DNA of 62,277 nucleotides, the filler included. It is 3 parts of 3 records of this genome, joined end to end, with 100 filler letters (N's around TTAATTAATTAA, not from the genome) between each part and the next. Parts side by side here need not be neighbours in the genome. Positions count along the whole stretch, not along the records: positions 1 to 29,168 come from DRR723986_4957; 2 more parts are not named here. One strand, 5' to 3'. The translations under genes and the position numbers were made by a program. Of the stretch, positions 1-9,218 are shown piece by piece (within the stretch, counting starts at the first letter, position 1; each line of letters begins with the position of its first letter). The notes under the pieces are model-generated. The model was not told where the DNA came from. It ran no database searches and saw only the letters and a program-made list of their open reading frames with translations.

Positions 1-2
1 CC

Positions 3-1127
3 GACCGCATGCTCGACATGGGCTTCATCCCAGACATCGAGAAAATCTGCACGAAGCTGCCACCGCGACGCCAGACCCTGCTGTTCTCGGCGACCTTCCC
101 GTCCGATATCCAACGTCTCGCGAAAACCTTCCAGCAGGACCCGATCAAGATTGAAGTGGCGCGCCCGACCGATGCGGCGACCACGATCACCCAGCACGTC
201 GTCCACCTGCCGACCAATGATGCAAAGGCCAAGCGCACAGCGCTGCGCCGGGTGATCGAGGCTTGCGACGTCAAAAACGGAATCGTCTTCTGTAACCGCA
301 AGGTCGAAGTCGACATTGTCGCGGCCTCGCTGACCAAGCATGGCCATGACGCGGCGCCGATCCATGGTGACCTGCCGCAATCTGTCCGAACAGAAACGCT
401 GCAGAAATTCCGCGATGGCGACCTGAAACTGCTGGTGGCGTCAGACGTTGCGGCCCGCGGGCTGGATATTCCGGATGTCGGCCACGTGTTCAATTACGGC
501 CCGCCGCCAAAAGACGAAGACTATATTCACCGGATCGGGCGAACCGGCCGTGCCGGTCGCACCGGCGAGAGCTATACTCTGGTGTCACCCGTCGATGAGA
601 AATCCTGGGGCTTCGTCCTCAAGATGATCGACAAGGATGTCGAAGAGTTCATGCCGGAAGGCCTGCTCGAAGAAATCGAAAACCTGCCGCCAGAGGAAAA
701 ATCCGGGCGCGGGCGCCGTGGCAGCAGCCGCGATGGCGGACGCAGCCGGGGTGGTCGTGGTGAGCGATCAAGCGGTGGCCGCAGCCGTAGCCGCCGTGAG
801 GAAACGCAGAAGGACGACGCTGAAACCACGACGGCTTCCGAACAGCCGGATGCGCCTGTGAAAGAGCACGCACCGGCCAAGCCCGAAACCGCGGCAAAAC
901 CAGACAAGCCGGAAAAAGCTGAAAAGACCGACAAGGCTGAGAAAGCCGAAAAGTCTGAAAAGACTGAGAAAGCCGAGAAGTCTGAAAAGCCGAAGCGCGA
1001 GCGCGCCGAGCGCAAGGAAAAGCCGAAACGTGACCGCAAGCGCAAGGATGACGACCTCATCCTGGATCCGGCGCCGGAGAACGTCAAAGGCTTCGGCAAT
1101 GACATTCCGGCCTTCCTGAAACGCTAA
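3..1127 (+). CDS. DEAD-box RNA helicase (RhlE-like), 5'-truncated by window edge
   Basis: Begins DRMLDMGF just after motif II; has SAT, SDVAARGLD and HRIGRTGRAG motifs; RG-rich and KE-rich C-terminal tail. Confidence 0.95.
   Translation, partial: DRMLDMGFIPDIEKICTKLPPRRQTLLFSATFPSDIQRLAKTFQQDPIKIEVARPTDAATTITQHVVHLPTNDAKAKRTALRRVIEACDVKNGIVFCNRKVEVDIVAASLTKHGHDAAPIHGDLPQSVRTETLQKFRDGDLKLLVASDVAARGLDIPDVGHVFNYGPPPKDEDYIHRIGRTGRAGRTGESYTLVSPVDEKSWGFVLKMIDKDVEEFMPEGLLEEIENLPPEEKSGRGRRGSSRDGGRSRGGRGERSSGGRSRSRREETQKDDAETTTASEQPDAPVKEHAPAKPETAAKPDKPEKAEKTDKAEKAEKSEKTEKAEKSEKPKRERAERKEKPKRDRKRKDDDLILDPAPENVKGFGNDIPAFLKR
900..989 (+). repeat. 10 x 9-bp degenerate tandem repeat encoding [P/A/T/S][D/E]K in the helicase tail
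   Basis: PDK PEK AEK TDK AEK AEK SEK TEK AEK SEK read directly from the sequence. Confidence 0.85.
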
Positions 1128-1140
1128 GCATCCACCGGCC

Positions 1141-1184
1141 AGAAAAAAGGCCCCTCGTCCGCATGATATGAGGGGCCTTTTTCT
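1141..1184. terminator. Bidirectional intrinsic terminator
   Basis: AGAAAAAAGGCCCCTC...GAGGGGCCTTTTTCT between convergent genes. Confidence 0.8.
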
Positions 1185-1201
1185 TGCTTCGTTGCGGGAG
1201 G

Positions 1202-2638
1202 CTAGCGCTTCAGCCTGCCCTGGATCTGCTTGCGGAATTTCTCGCCATAGGGCGGACGGATCATCGAGATCATTTCACTGCCCGTCTGTGTAAAGACAGA
1301 TTTCTTGTGGCTGAATTCCAGGAAGCCCTCGCGGCCATGATAGGAGCCCATACCCGAAGGACCGACACCGCCGAAGGGCAGGTCTTCCTGGCCGACGTGC
1401 ATGATCACATCGTTCACGGTCACACCGCCGGACGTGGTGTTGTTGAGCACCATGTCCTTTTCCGCTGCGTCTTCACCGAAATAGTAGAGCCCCAGCGGGC
1501 GGTCATGGGAGTTGATGTAAGCAATCGTGTCCTTTGTATCCGAATAGGATTTGATCGGCAGGATCGGGCCGAAGATCTCGTCTTGCATTACTTTCAGGTC
1601 ATCGGACGGGTCGACGATGATGTGCGGCGGGATCTTGTGGTGCGGTTGCTGGGAGAAGTTCTCTCCGGTCGGATTGATCTCGATAACCTCCGCGCCTTTC
1701 GATTTTGCTTCATCGATATAGCCCATGATGCGGTCAAAGTGGCGCTGGTTCACGATGGAGGTGTAGTCGTCATTGTCCTTCAGGCCGCTCGGATACATCG
1801 TCTCGATCGCCTTGGTCGCAGCAGCGACAAAGTCGGACGTCTTTTCCTTCGGAACGAAAGCATAGTCCGGCGCGAGACAGATCTGCCCGGCGTTCAGCGT
1901 CTTGCCCGCCATGATGCGGGTCGCCGCCTTCTGCAGGTCCGCTGACCGGCCGAGCACAACCGGGCTCTTGCCACCAAGTTCCAGCGTCAGCGGAACAAGG
2001 TTGTCTGCCGCAGCACGCATGACGTGGTGGGCGATGGACGTCGCGCCGGTGAAGAGGATGTGATCGAAGGCGAGTTTCGTGAACTCGGCGCCGATTTCCG
2101 GTCCACCGGTAATCACGGCGACTTCTTCTTCGTCGTAGTATTGTTCGATCGCCTTTTTCATCACTTCCGAGGTGAGTTCGGTGAACTCCGACGGCTTGAT
2201 CATGCAGCGGTTGCCGGCAGCGAACACGCCGGCCAGCGGCGCGAAGGTCAGATTGACCGGGAAGTTCCACGGGCTGATGACGCCGATCACGCCTTTCGGC
2301 TGGTACTGGATCTGGGCCTTCGCGCCGAGCAGGCCGAGCGGGAATTCCGCCTTGCGTTTTTCCGGGCGCATCCATTTGGCGACATGTTTCTTCGCATGCT
2401 TCAGCGCGCCGATGGAGCCGGCGATATCGGTGAAACCCGACTGATCCTTCGAGCGGTGTCCGAAGTCCTGGCACATCGCATCGACCAATTCGTCATTATA
2501 GGTGATCAGAAGATCGATCGCCTTGTCGAGCCATTCGATCCGCTTGGCCGCGGAAGGAATGCCATCGCGAATGTGGGCAGCCTTTTGCCGCGCGAGAATG
2601 CCGGCCATGCCGGCGGTGGAGGCGCTATCGAGGGCCAT
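1202..2638 (-). CDS. Aldehyde dehydrogenase, coniferyl-aldehyde dehydrogenase (CalB)-like
   Basis: PWNFP, FTG, LELGGKSP, NAGQICLAPDY and EIFGP motifs; start set at MALDSAS. Confidence 0.9.
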   Translation of the reverse strand: MALDSASTAGMAGILARQKAAHIRDGIPSAAKRIEWLDKAIDLLITYNDELVDAMCQDFGHRSKDQSGFTDIAGSIGALKHAKKHVAKWMRPEKRKAEFPLGLLGAKAQIQYQPKGVIGVISPWNFPVNLTFAPLAGVFAAGNRCMIKPSEFTELTSEVMKKAIEQYYDEEEVAVITGGPEIGAEFTKLAFDHILFTGATSIAHHVMRAAADNLVPLTLELGGKSPVVLGRSADLQKAATRIMAGKTLNAGQICLAPDYAFVPKEKTSDFVAAATKAIETMYPSGLKDNDDYTSIVNQRHFDRIMGYIDEAKSKGAEVIEINPTGENFSQQPHHKIPPHIIVDPSDDLKVMQDEIFGPILPIKSYSDTKDTIAYINSHDRPLGLYYFGEDAAEKDMVLNNTTSGGVTVNDVIMHVGQEDLPFGGVGPSGMGSYHGREGFLEFSHKKSVFTQTGSEMISMIRPPYGEKFRKQIQGRLKR

Positions 2639-2798
2639 GGATCCGATCTCCCTGCTTATCGGTTGTTCTGAACAGTGTAGCGCACGTTCAGGGCTTAACA
2701 ATGGGAGATTGGGCTTGCCGCCGGGTGAGGCGTTCACAAGCCGCGTGGGACGGCTAGATTGCCGTCAGATCACGAGACACGCCAAAGGGAGGGCGACC

Positions 2799-3593
2799 AT
2801 GAGCTACGAGCTGATTTCCTACGAATTGAAGGGCAATATCGCCGTCATCGCCTTCAACGACCCGAAAACCATGAATGCCTGCGGCGTCGATACCACGCAG
2901 GAGATTCTGCACGCCCTCGAAAAGGCCGCTGACGAAGCCCGTTGCACCATCATTACCGGCAATGGCCGCGGCTTCTGCTCGGGCGCCAATCTCGGCAAGG
3001 TCTCTGGCCCGTCACTCAGCCATCCGGGCTCCAAGCCCGATGCCGGCCGTGCGCTGGACACCCATTACAATCCGATGATCGTCGCCATCCGCGAACATCC
3101 CCACCCGGTGATCACGGCCATCAACGGCGCCGCTGCCGGTGTCGGCTGCTCCATCGGCCTGATGGGCGACCTGATCGTGGCCGGCAAAAGCGCCTACTTC
3201 CTGCAGGCTTTCCGCCGTATCGGCCTGGTGCCGGATGGCGGCTCGACCTGGCTGCTGGCCCGCAATGTTGGCCGCGTACGCGCCATGGAGATGGCGCTGT
3301 TCGGCGAAAAACTCCCTGCAGACAAGGCGCTGGAATGGGGCATGATCAACAAGGTAGTCGAGGATGACCAGTTGATGGCGACCGCCATGGAATGGGCCGA
3401 GACCCTGTCGACCGGCCCGACCGTGGCCCTGGCCGGCATGCGCAAGCTGATCTGGGACGCCACCGAAACAGACATGGGCGACGCCCTGCACGCAGAGCGC
3501 CTGGCACAGCGCACCGCAGGCCGGACGGCAGACTTCGCAGAGGGCGTGAAAGCCTTCCTCGAAAAGCGCCCGGCCGAATTCCACGGAAAGTAA
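2799..3593 (+). CDS. Enoyl-CoA hydratase/isomerase family protein
   Basis: FCSGANL, AINGAAAGVG, IGLVPDGG, DFAEGVKAFLEKR. Confidence 0.92.
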   Translation: MSYELISYELKGNIAVIAFNDPKTMNACGVDTTQEILHALEKAADEARCTIITGNGRGFCSGANLGKVSGPSLSHPGSKPDAGRALDTHYNPMIVAIREHPHPVITAINGAAAGVGCSIGLMGDLIVAGKSAYFLQAFRRIGLVPDGGSTWLLARNVGRVRAMEMALFGEKLPADKALEWGMINKVVEDDQLMATAMEWAETLSTGPTVALAGMRKLIWDATETDMGDALHAERLAQRTAGRTADFAEGVKAFLEKRPAEFHGK

Positions 3594-3678
3594 CCTAAGA
3601 TTTATTTAGGCTGCGGCCTGGCCTTTAAGAATGGGGTAATTCCTTCTGGGTATTTGCTTGCCATTCAGGAGGCTGGGG

Positions 3679-4167
3679 ATGGATTATCGCCTTATTCATT
3701 TTAACTGCGCGCGCCCACTTGGGGCGTTCAGTCTTGAAAATGAATTTATTCGAGTTTTCGTCAGCATCATGCCGCGCGTTTTTGCGGATGCTGCTGCGTT
3801 TGAAGGCCTGCACTTCCACCGTCACGGCGTGCGCCGTCCTGACGGTGTTTGGATGCCTTTGGACGGTATTTTTCCATATCCGGAAGGCATGGGGGCGCCG
3901 GATGTGTCGACCATGGGGGGCTGGGCTTCGCTTGAGCGCCTCAGGGAATTTTCGTATTCCGGACGGACTCACCCGCCGAGCATGCGGCGCCTGGCAGCGG
4001 AAATTGACCGTTCCGCCGGCCCAAGCTTTGTGATGTGGTGGTCACCGAAGGAAGAGAAAGTGACCCTGGAGGACGGATGGCAGAAACTGCAGCACCTGAG
4101 AGAACATGGTTCCACACCGGAAGCCTTCTCCCTGGACGATCCGATGGATCGCCCCGTCGCAGCGTGA
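3679..4167 (+). CDS. DUF3291 family protein
   Basis: W.SLE.L.EFSYSG.H and VMWW...L.HL.EHG.TP.AF pattern; AGGAGG RBS. Confidence 0.65.
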   Translation: MDYRLIHFNCARPLGAFSLENEFIRVFVSIMPRVFADAAAFEGLHFHRHGVRRPDGVWMPLDGIFPYPEGMGAPDVSTMGGWASLERLREFSYSGRTHPPSMRRLAAEIDRSAGPSFVMWWSPKEEKVTLEDGWQKLQHLREHGSTPEAFSLDDPMDRPVAA

Positions 4168-4667
4168 GCCTTACCCGCCGCAGCACCCTCGCGGCACTGT
4201 CCTTCCTGGCCCTCGGCGCGTGCGCCAGCGCGCCTGCCGTCCCAGACACGACGATCTATCTTGTCCGTCATGCGGAAAAGCAGACCGGTCCGGATCCGGA
4301 CCTGACCGTCGTGGGCCGTGCCCGCGCCGACATCCTGTCGCGGGAACTGCAGGATGCAGGCCTCACCGCGATCTGGTCGACTGACACGACCCGGACGATC
4401 GAGACGGCAAAGCCGACGTCGAGGCGCACCGGACTGCCCATCCAGATCTATGATGCCGGCCGGCAGGCAGCCTTCGCGAACCAGCTGAAGGCCACCCCCG
4501 GCGCCATTCTGGTTGTCGGCCATTCCAATACGATCCCGGACCTTGTGGACCTGCTGGGCGGCAAGGCTGGCGCCCCAATTGTCGAGGCCACAGAGTATGA
4601 CCGGCTCTACGTCGTGACGGTTACCAAGGGCCGGGCGAAGAGCGAGCTGCGCCGCTACGGAGAATAG
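4164..4667 (+). CDS. Histidine phosphatase (SixA/phosphoglycerate mutase family), probable Tat lipoprotein
   Basis: LVRHAEK, RT.ETA, VVGHSNT; N-terminal TRR plus LGAC lipobox; GTG start overlaps the upstream stop. Confidence 0.85.
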   Translation: MSLTRRSTLAALSFLALGACASAPAVPDTTIYLVRHAEKQTGPDPDLTVVGRARADILSRELQDAGLTAIWSTDTTRTIETAKPTSRRTGLPIQIYDAGRQAAFANQLKATPGAILVVGHSNTIPDLVDLLGGKAGAPIVEATEYDRLYVVTVTKGRAKSELRRYGE

Positions 4668-4767
4668 TTTCCGCTACCGGAAAGAGAAATCCGGTGTTGG
4701 ACAAGCGGCCCCTGCAGACAATAAAGAATACGATATACAGACTATTTATAGCGGCGTCTGACCGGCC

Positions 4768-5121
4768 CTATTTGCGCTTTTTTGCCTTCGCGGCGAGCGC
4801 CACGGCGAAGGCCTTCCGGCCCCACTCGCTGGCGAGCTCTGCCTCGTCCATCGCATCGGGCGGCAGGCTGACATAGCCCATGTCTGTCTGCTTGCCGTCA
4901 CTCGGCCGGGTCCAGATGAAGGGCTCGCAGCCCTCGGCTTCCAGTTCCGCGCGGAAGGCAACGTCGGTTTTCAAATAAATCACGTCATCCGCCAGCAGCG
5001 CGAACATCAGCCCGTCCTTGAACACGCCGGCCCCGCCGAACATGCGCCGGACGCTGACCGGCCCCATCGGCGCGAACAGCTCCATCACGAATTCATGGAA
5101 CGAATCCGGCGGCTTGGCCAT
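4768..5121 (-). CDS. TfoX/Sxy N-terminal domain protein
   Basis: RRMFGGAGVFKDGLMFALL..D.IYLK. Confidence 0.85.
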   Translation of the reverse strand: MAKPPDSFHEFVMELFAPMGPVSVRRMFGGAGVFKDGLMFALLADDVIYLKTDVAFRAELEAEGCEPFIWTRPSDGKQTDMGYVSLPPDAMDEAELASEWGRKAFAVALAAKAKKRK

Positions 5122-5384
5122 CAGCCGGCAGCCGGCCGCCCGAGCCGGTAGACGCCCTTGAAGGCGTTTGGATCCTCCACCGGCTTGCCTTTCCGGTAGA
5201 TCAGGACCGTACCTTCCTTGTGCAGGCGTATCGCTTCGGCGCGCACATCCTTCAGGACGCGCTGGAAGTTCTTTTCGCTGACGGCCCGGGCCGCCTGCTC
5301 CGCACTGATCGACTTGCCGGGACCGGCCGTTTCGGTCAATTCCAGAATCGCTTCGCGGACCGGGTTGGTGGATGGCTCGCTCAC
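5121..5384 (-). CDS. DUF3253 family small winged-helix protein
   Basis: GPGKSI...AAR...RKGKPV.DP..FKGVYRL. Confidence 0.75.
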   Translation of the reverse strand: MSEPSTNPVREAILELTETAGPGKSISAEQAARAVSEKNFQRVLKDVRAEAIRLHKEGTVLIYRKGKPVEDPNAFKGVYRLGRPAAG

Positions 5385-6616
5385 CAGTCGACGGCCGCGT
5401 AAGCCAGTTGCTGGAACTGGGGCCGCATCGGATAGGTCGAGGACGGCATCAGCTGGGTCATCTGGATACCGATGATTTCCTCTTCCGGATCGATCCAGAA
5501 GAAGGTGGAGGCGAGGCCGCCCCAGCTGAAGGTGCCTTCACTGCCGGGCTGCTGGGTATCCACAACATCGGTGACAACCGAGCCGCCGAGGCCGAAGCCG
5601 GTGCCGCCGGTGATCACTTCGCTGAACAGGGAGCGGCCCATGTCGCGGATCGTCTGCCCGCCGGGCAGATGGTTCTGGCGCATGAATTCCCAGGTCTTCG
5701 GGCTGATGATGCGGGCGCCGTCCAGCGTGCCGCCGCGCAGCAGCATGAGGCAGAAGCGGTGGTAGTCGCGCACCGTGGAGACGAGACCGCCGCCGCCGTT
5801 CAACAGCTTGGGGCGTTTCGAGTAAAGCTTTGAAGAAGCCCCGGCGCCGTCCGACTGTTTCACTTCGCCGGTGATCGGGTGGCGCTCATAGCAGGCCATG
5901 AGACGGTCGATCTTGTCTTCCGGCACCCAGAAATCCGTATCGACCATGCCGAGCGGGCCAGTGATCCGCTCCCGGAAGAACTGGTCGAGCTCCATGCCGG
6001 AGGCGATTTCAACAATGGCGCCCAGAACGTCGGTCGAGTGGCTGTACCACCATTCATCACCCGGTGAGCATTCCAGCGGCAGTTTGGCGAGACGTTTTGC
6101 CATTTCCTGCAGCGTCTCGTCCGGGCGGCCGATCTTTTCCTTGCGGTAGAGGGCATCAACTTCCGACTGCATCATGAAGCCATAGGTGAGGCCGGACGTG
6201 TGGGTGAAGAGATCCAGCACTTTCATCGGCCGGTCAGGCTTGCGCGTCTTGTAGTCTTCGCGGCTACCACTGTCGAAAACCTCGACATCGGCAAATTCCG
6301 GGATGTAGCGGGCGACGTCATGGTCCAGGCGCAGCTTGCCTTCCTCGAACAGCATCATCGCGGCAAGCGACGTGATCGGCTTCGTCATCGAATAGATGCG
6401 GAAAATCGTCTCCGGCCCGATCGGCTTGCCGCCGCCGAGTTCGGTCGTCCCGCGATAGTCTTCTAGCGCGATCTCGCCATTGCGCGAAATCAGCGTCGCC
6501 ATGCAAGGCAGCTTGCCGGTGTCGAGATAGTTCTTCTCGAAGAAGGCCGGAACCGCCGCGAGGCGTTCCGCATTGAGGCCGACTTCATGCGGGTCGGTTG
6601 GGTCGTGTTCGAACAT
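5381..6616 (-). CDS. Serine hydrolase, beta-lactamase class C/esterase family
   Basis: SMTK (SxxK), LFTHTSGL, W.YS, WGG. Confidence 0.9.
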   Translation of the reverse strand: MFEHDPTDPHEVGLNAERLAAVPAFFEKNYLDTGKLPCMATLISRNGEIALEDYRGTTELGGGKPIGPETIFRIYSMTKPITSLAAMMLFEEGKLRLDHDVARYIPEFADVEVFDSGSREDYKTRKPDRPMKVLDLFTHTSGLTYGFMMQSEVDALYRKEKIGRPDETLQEMAKRLAKLPLECSPGDEWWYSHSTDVLGAIVEIASGMELDQFFRERITGPLGMVDTDFWVPEDKIDRLMACYERHPITGEVKQSDGAGASSKLYSKRPKLLNGGGGLVSTVRDYHRFCLMLLRGGTLDGARIISPKTWEFMRQNHLPGGQTIRDMGRSLFSEVITGGTGFGLGGSVVTDVVDTQQPGSEGTFSWGGLASTFFWIDPEEEIIGIQMTQLMPSSTYPMRPQFQQLAYAAVDW

Positions 6617-6711
6617 CTGCGTGCGTTTCCTGTTTCCCGGTTATTCTCATTATGGCCCCAGCGGGGAGAAGCGCAAATCGCCGGTCTCCCCGCCGAGGGA
6701 AAAGATCTCGC

Positions 6712-7872
6712 CTAGAGCTTACCGGTCTTGGCGGCGCGGGCCAGTTCGCGGGCGATGATGATCTGCTGGATCTGGCTGGTGCCTTCATAGAGGCGGAAGA
6801 TGCGGACGTCGCGATAGAAGCGCTCGATGCCATAGTCGGAGACGTAGCCGGCGCCGCCGAATACCTGCACCGCGCGATCGGCCACGCGGCCACACGCCTC
6901 GGTGGCGAACAGTTTCGTCGACGAGGCGAGCAGGGTCACGTCTTCGCCCGCATCGCGGCGGCGGGCAGCGTCCATGATCATACACTCGGCGGCATAGGTC
7001 TCGGCCTGGCTGTCGGCGATCATCGCCTGAATCATCTGATGTTCCATGATCGGCTTGCCGAACTGTTTGCGCTCCAGCGCATAGTTCACCATTTCGCGGA
7101 TCAGACGCTTGGAGACGCCGGTCGCCACAGCGGAGATGTGCAGGCGGCCCTTGTCGAGCACGCTCATCGCCACCTTGAAGCCTTCGCCTTCCTTGCCGAT
7201 CATGTTCGACGCGGGCACGCGGGCATCCTCGAAGATCACGTCGCAGATATGGGCGCCCTGCTGGCCCATCTTCTTCTCCGGCACGCCGACCGAGACGCCG
7301 GGCGTGTCACGCTCGACCACAAAGGCCGAGACGCCCTTGGCGCCGGGCGTGTCAGGATCGGTGCGGGCCATGACGGTGAAGATGTCGGCCTTGTTCGCGT
7401 TGGTGATGTAGCGCTTCGTGCCGTTGAAGACGTAGTGGTCGCCATCGCGGATGGCTTTGGTCTTGAGGCCTGCAGCGTCGGAACCGGCTTCCGGCTCGGT
7501 CAGCGCGAAAGAGGCGATCAGGTCGCCTGAGGCGACGCCCGGTAGCCATTTCGTTTTCTGCTCCTCGGTACCGAACAGGACGAGGGCCTGAGAGCCGATG
7601 CCGATGTTCGTGCCCGCGACGGAGCGGAAGGCCGGGGACGTCTGGCCAAGCTCGAACGCGACGAGGCATTCGGTTTCCATGTCCAGCTGCAGGCCGCCAT
7701 ATTCTTCCGGCACGGCGATGCCGAACAGACCGAGATTCTTCATCTCGTCGACGATGGACTGCGGCACCTCGTCATTCTCTGCGACTTCGGCTTCGGCGGG
7801 CACGCATTTCTCGTTCACGAAGCGGCGCACCTGTTCGATGAGGGCGTCCCGGATCTCGGCGTCGAAGGCCAT
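6712..7872 (-). CDS. Acyl-CoA dehydrogenase
   Basis: FALTEPEAGSDA, RKQFGKPI, QVFGGAGY, RLYEGTSQIQ. Confidence 0.95.
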   Translation of the reverse strand: MAFDAEIRDALIEQVRRFVNEKCVPAEAEVAENDEVPQSIVDEMKNLGLFGIAVPEEYGGLQLDMETECLVAFELGQTSPAFRSVAGTNIGIGSQALVLFGTEEQKTKWLPGVASGDLIASFALTEPEAGSDAAGLKTKAIRDGDHYVFNGTKRYITNANKADIFTVMARTDPDTPGAKGVSAFVVERDTPGVSVGVPEKKMGQQGAHICDVIFEDARVPASNMIGKEGEGFKVAMSVLDKGRLHISAVATGVSKRLIREMVNYALERKQFGKPIMEHQMIQAMIADSQAETYAAECMIMDAARRRDAGEDVTLLASSTKLFATEACGRVADRAVQVFGGAGYVSDYGIERFYRDVRIFRLYEGTSQIQQIIIARELARAAKTGKL

Positions 7873-7989
7873 GGTCTGCTTCCTTTTCAATTCATTCTGA
7901 CTTTTAGCCCGCGCAATCTATTCCCCAACGGCACGCTTGTCGAAGGGTAACCGTGCGGTATCGTGCCGCCCGTAATGCAGGGAGGCAAT

Positions 7990-8421
7990 GTGAGCACGAC
8001 AATCGAGGAATCCGGAGAATTCGCAGGCTGGACAACCTGGAAGGAGGAGCCGTTCGAATATGAAACGGCCGGGCCTTTCTATTTCAGGGTCGACGAAAAG
8101 GGGCCGGTCGCCGCGTTCCGCGTGCAGCGCAAGCACATGAATGCCGGCGGGGTCGTCCATGGCGGCTGCCTGATGAGCTTTGCGGATTTCTCGCTGTTTG
8201 CCCTCGGCCATGAAGCGATGGAAGGCTCCTACGGCGTCACGGTCGCTTTCACGTCGGAATTCATCGACGGCGCGGTCGAAGGCGAGCGCCTGGAAGCGCG
8301 CGGTGACGTGCTGCGCAAGGGCGGCTCGCTGAGCTTCGTCCGGGGAATCATAAGCGGAGAAGACGGACGCCCTGTCCTCAACTTCTCCGGAACGATCAAG
8401 AAAAGAAGGAAACAGCCATGA
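7990..8421 (+). CDS. PaaI family thioesterase
   Basis: HMNAGGVVHGGCLMSFAD hotdog-fold motif. Confidence 0.88.
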   Translation: MSTTIEESGEFAGWTTWKEEPFEYETAGPFYFRVDEKGPVAAFRVQRKHMNAGGVVHGGCLMSFADFSLFALGHEAMEGSYGVTVAFTSEFIDGAVEGERLEARGDVLRKGGSLSFVRGIISGEDGRPVLNFSGTIKKRRKQP

Positions 8422-9206
8422 GCCAGCCGCCCTATGAAGCGCTTTCGCGCTCGATCAAAGGCAAGACCGCCCTCATCACCGGCGCCGCCAGCGGCATGGG
8501 CCGGGCCACCGCCCACCTGTTCGCCCGCGAAGGCGCAAATGTCGCCGTCACGGACCTGAAGCAGGACGCCGTCGATTCCGTGGTCGACGAGATCAAGGCT
8601 GCAGGCATTGATCATGTGAAGGGCTGGGCGATGGATGTTGGCGATGCCGATGCCATCAAACGCGTGATCGACGAGACGGCCACGCATTTCGGCGGGCTGG
8701 AAATCCTGGTCAATAATGCCGGCTTCGCCATTCCTGCCAACATCGCCGAAGAAAGCTATGAGGACAGCTGGGGGCCCAGCATCAATGTCATGCTGACCTC
8801 GCACCAGCGGGCCATCCGCGCGGTGCTGCCCTATATGCGCAAGGCCGGTTATGGCCGCATCGTGAATGTAGCGTCTACGGAAGGTCTGGGCGCCACGCCG
8901 GGCAATTCTCCCTACGTTGCCGCAAAGCATGGAGTCATCGGCCTGACCCGCGGCCTCGCCGTGGACCTTGGCCGGGAAGGCATCACGGTGAACTGCATCT
9001 GCCCCGGCCCAATCCGCACCGGCATCACCGCCGGAATTCCGGACGAGCACAAGGAAATCTATGCCAAGCGCCGCGTACCGCTGCGCCGGTATGGCATTCC
9101 GGAAGAGGTGGCAAACATCACCCTGTCCTGCGTCCTGCCAGCTGCCAGCTTCATGACCGGCGTTTTCATCCCGGTCGATGGCGGCCTGACGATCAAGAAC
9201 GCCTAG
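8418..9206 (+). CDS. Short-chain dehydrogenase/reductase
   Basis: TGAASGMG, NNAG, YVAAK. Confidence 0.92.
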   Translation: MSQPPYEALSRSIKGKTALITGAASGMGRATAHLFAREGANVAVTDLKQDAVDSVVDEIKAAGIDHVKGWAMDVGDADAIKRVIDETATHFGGLEILVNNAGFAIPANIAEESYEDSWGPSINVMLTSHQRAIRAVLPYMRKAGYGRIVNVASTEGLGATPGNSPYVAAKHGVIGLTRGLAVDLGREGITVNCICPGPIRTGITAGIPDEHKEIYAKRRVPLRRYGIPEEVANITLSCVLPAASFMTGVFIPVDGGLTIKNA

Positions 9207-9218
9207 GGCGTCCGCCTA

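Noticed and set aside
900-989. Tandem repeat as a CRISPR-like array
   Set aside because: 9-bp coding repeat without spacers; no CRISPR array or cas genes were seen anywhere in the window
3625-3640. CtrA-like TTAA-N7-GTAA site
   Set aside because: One half-site is imperfect and the local sequence is AT-rich; not supportable
5381-6616. Beta-lactam resistance gene (also 19775-21277)
   Set aside because: The motifs fit generic family VIII esterase/serine hydrolases; no evidence of AmpC function
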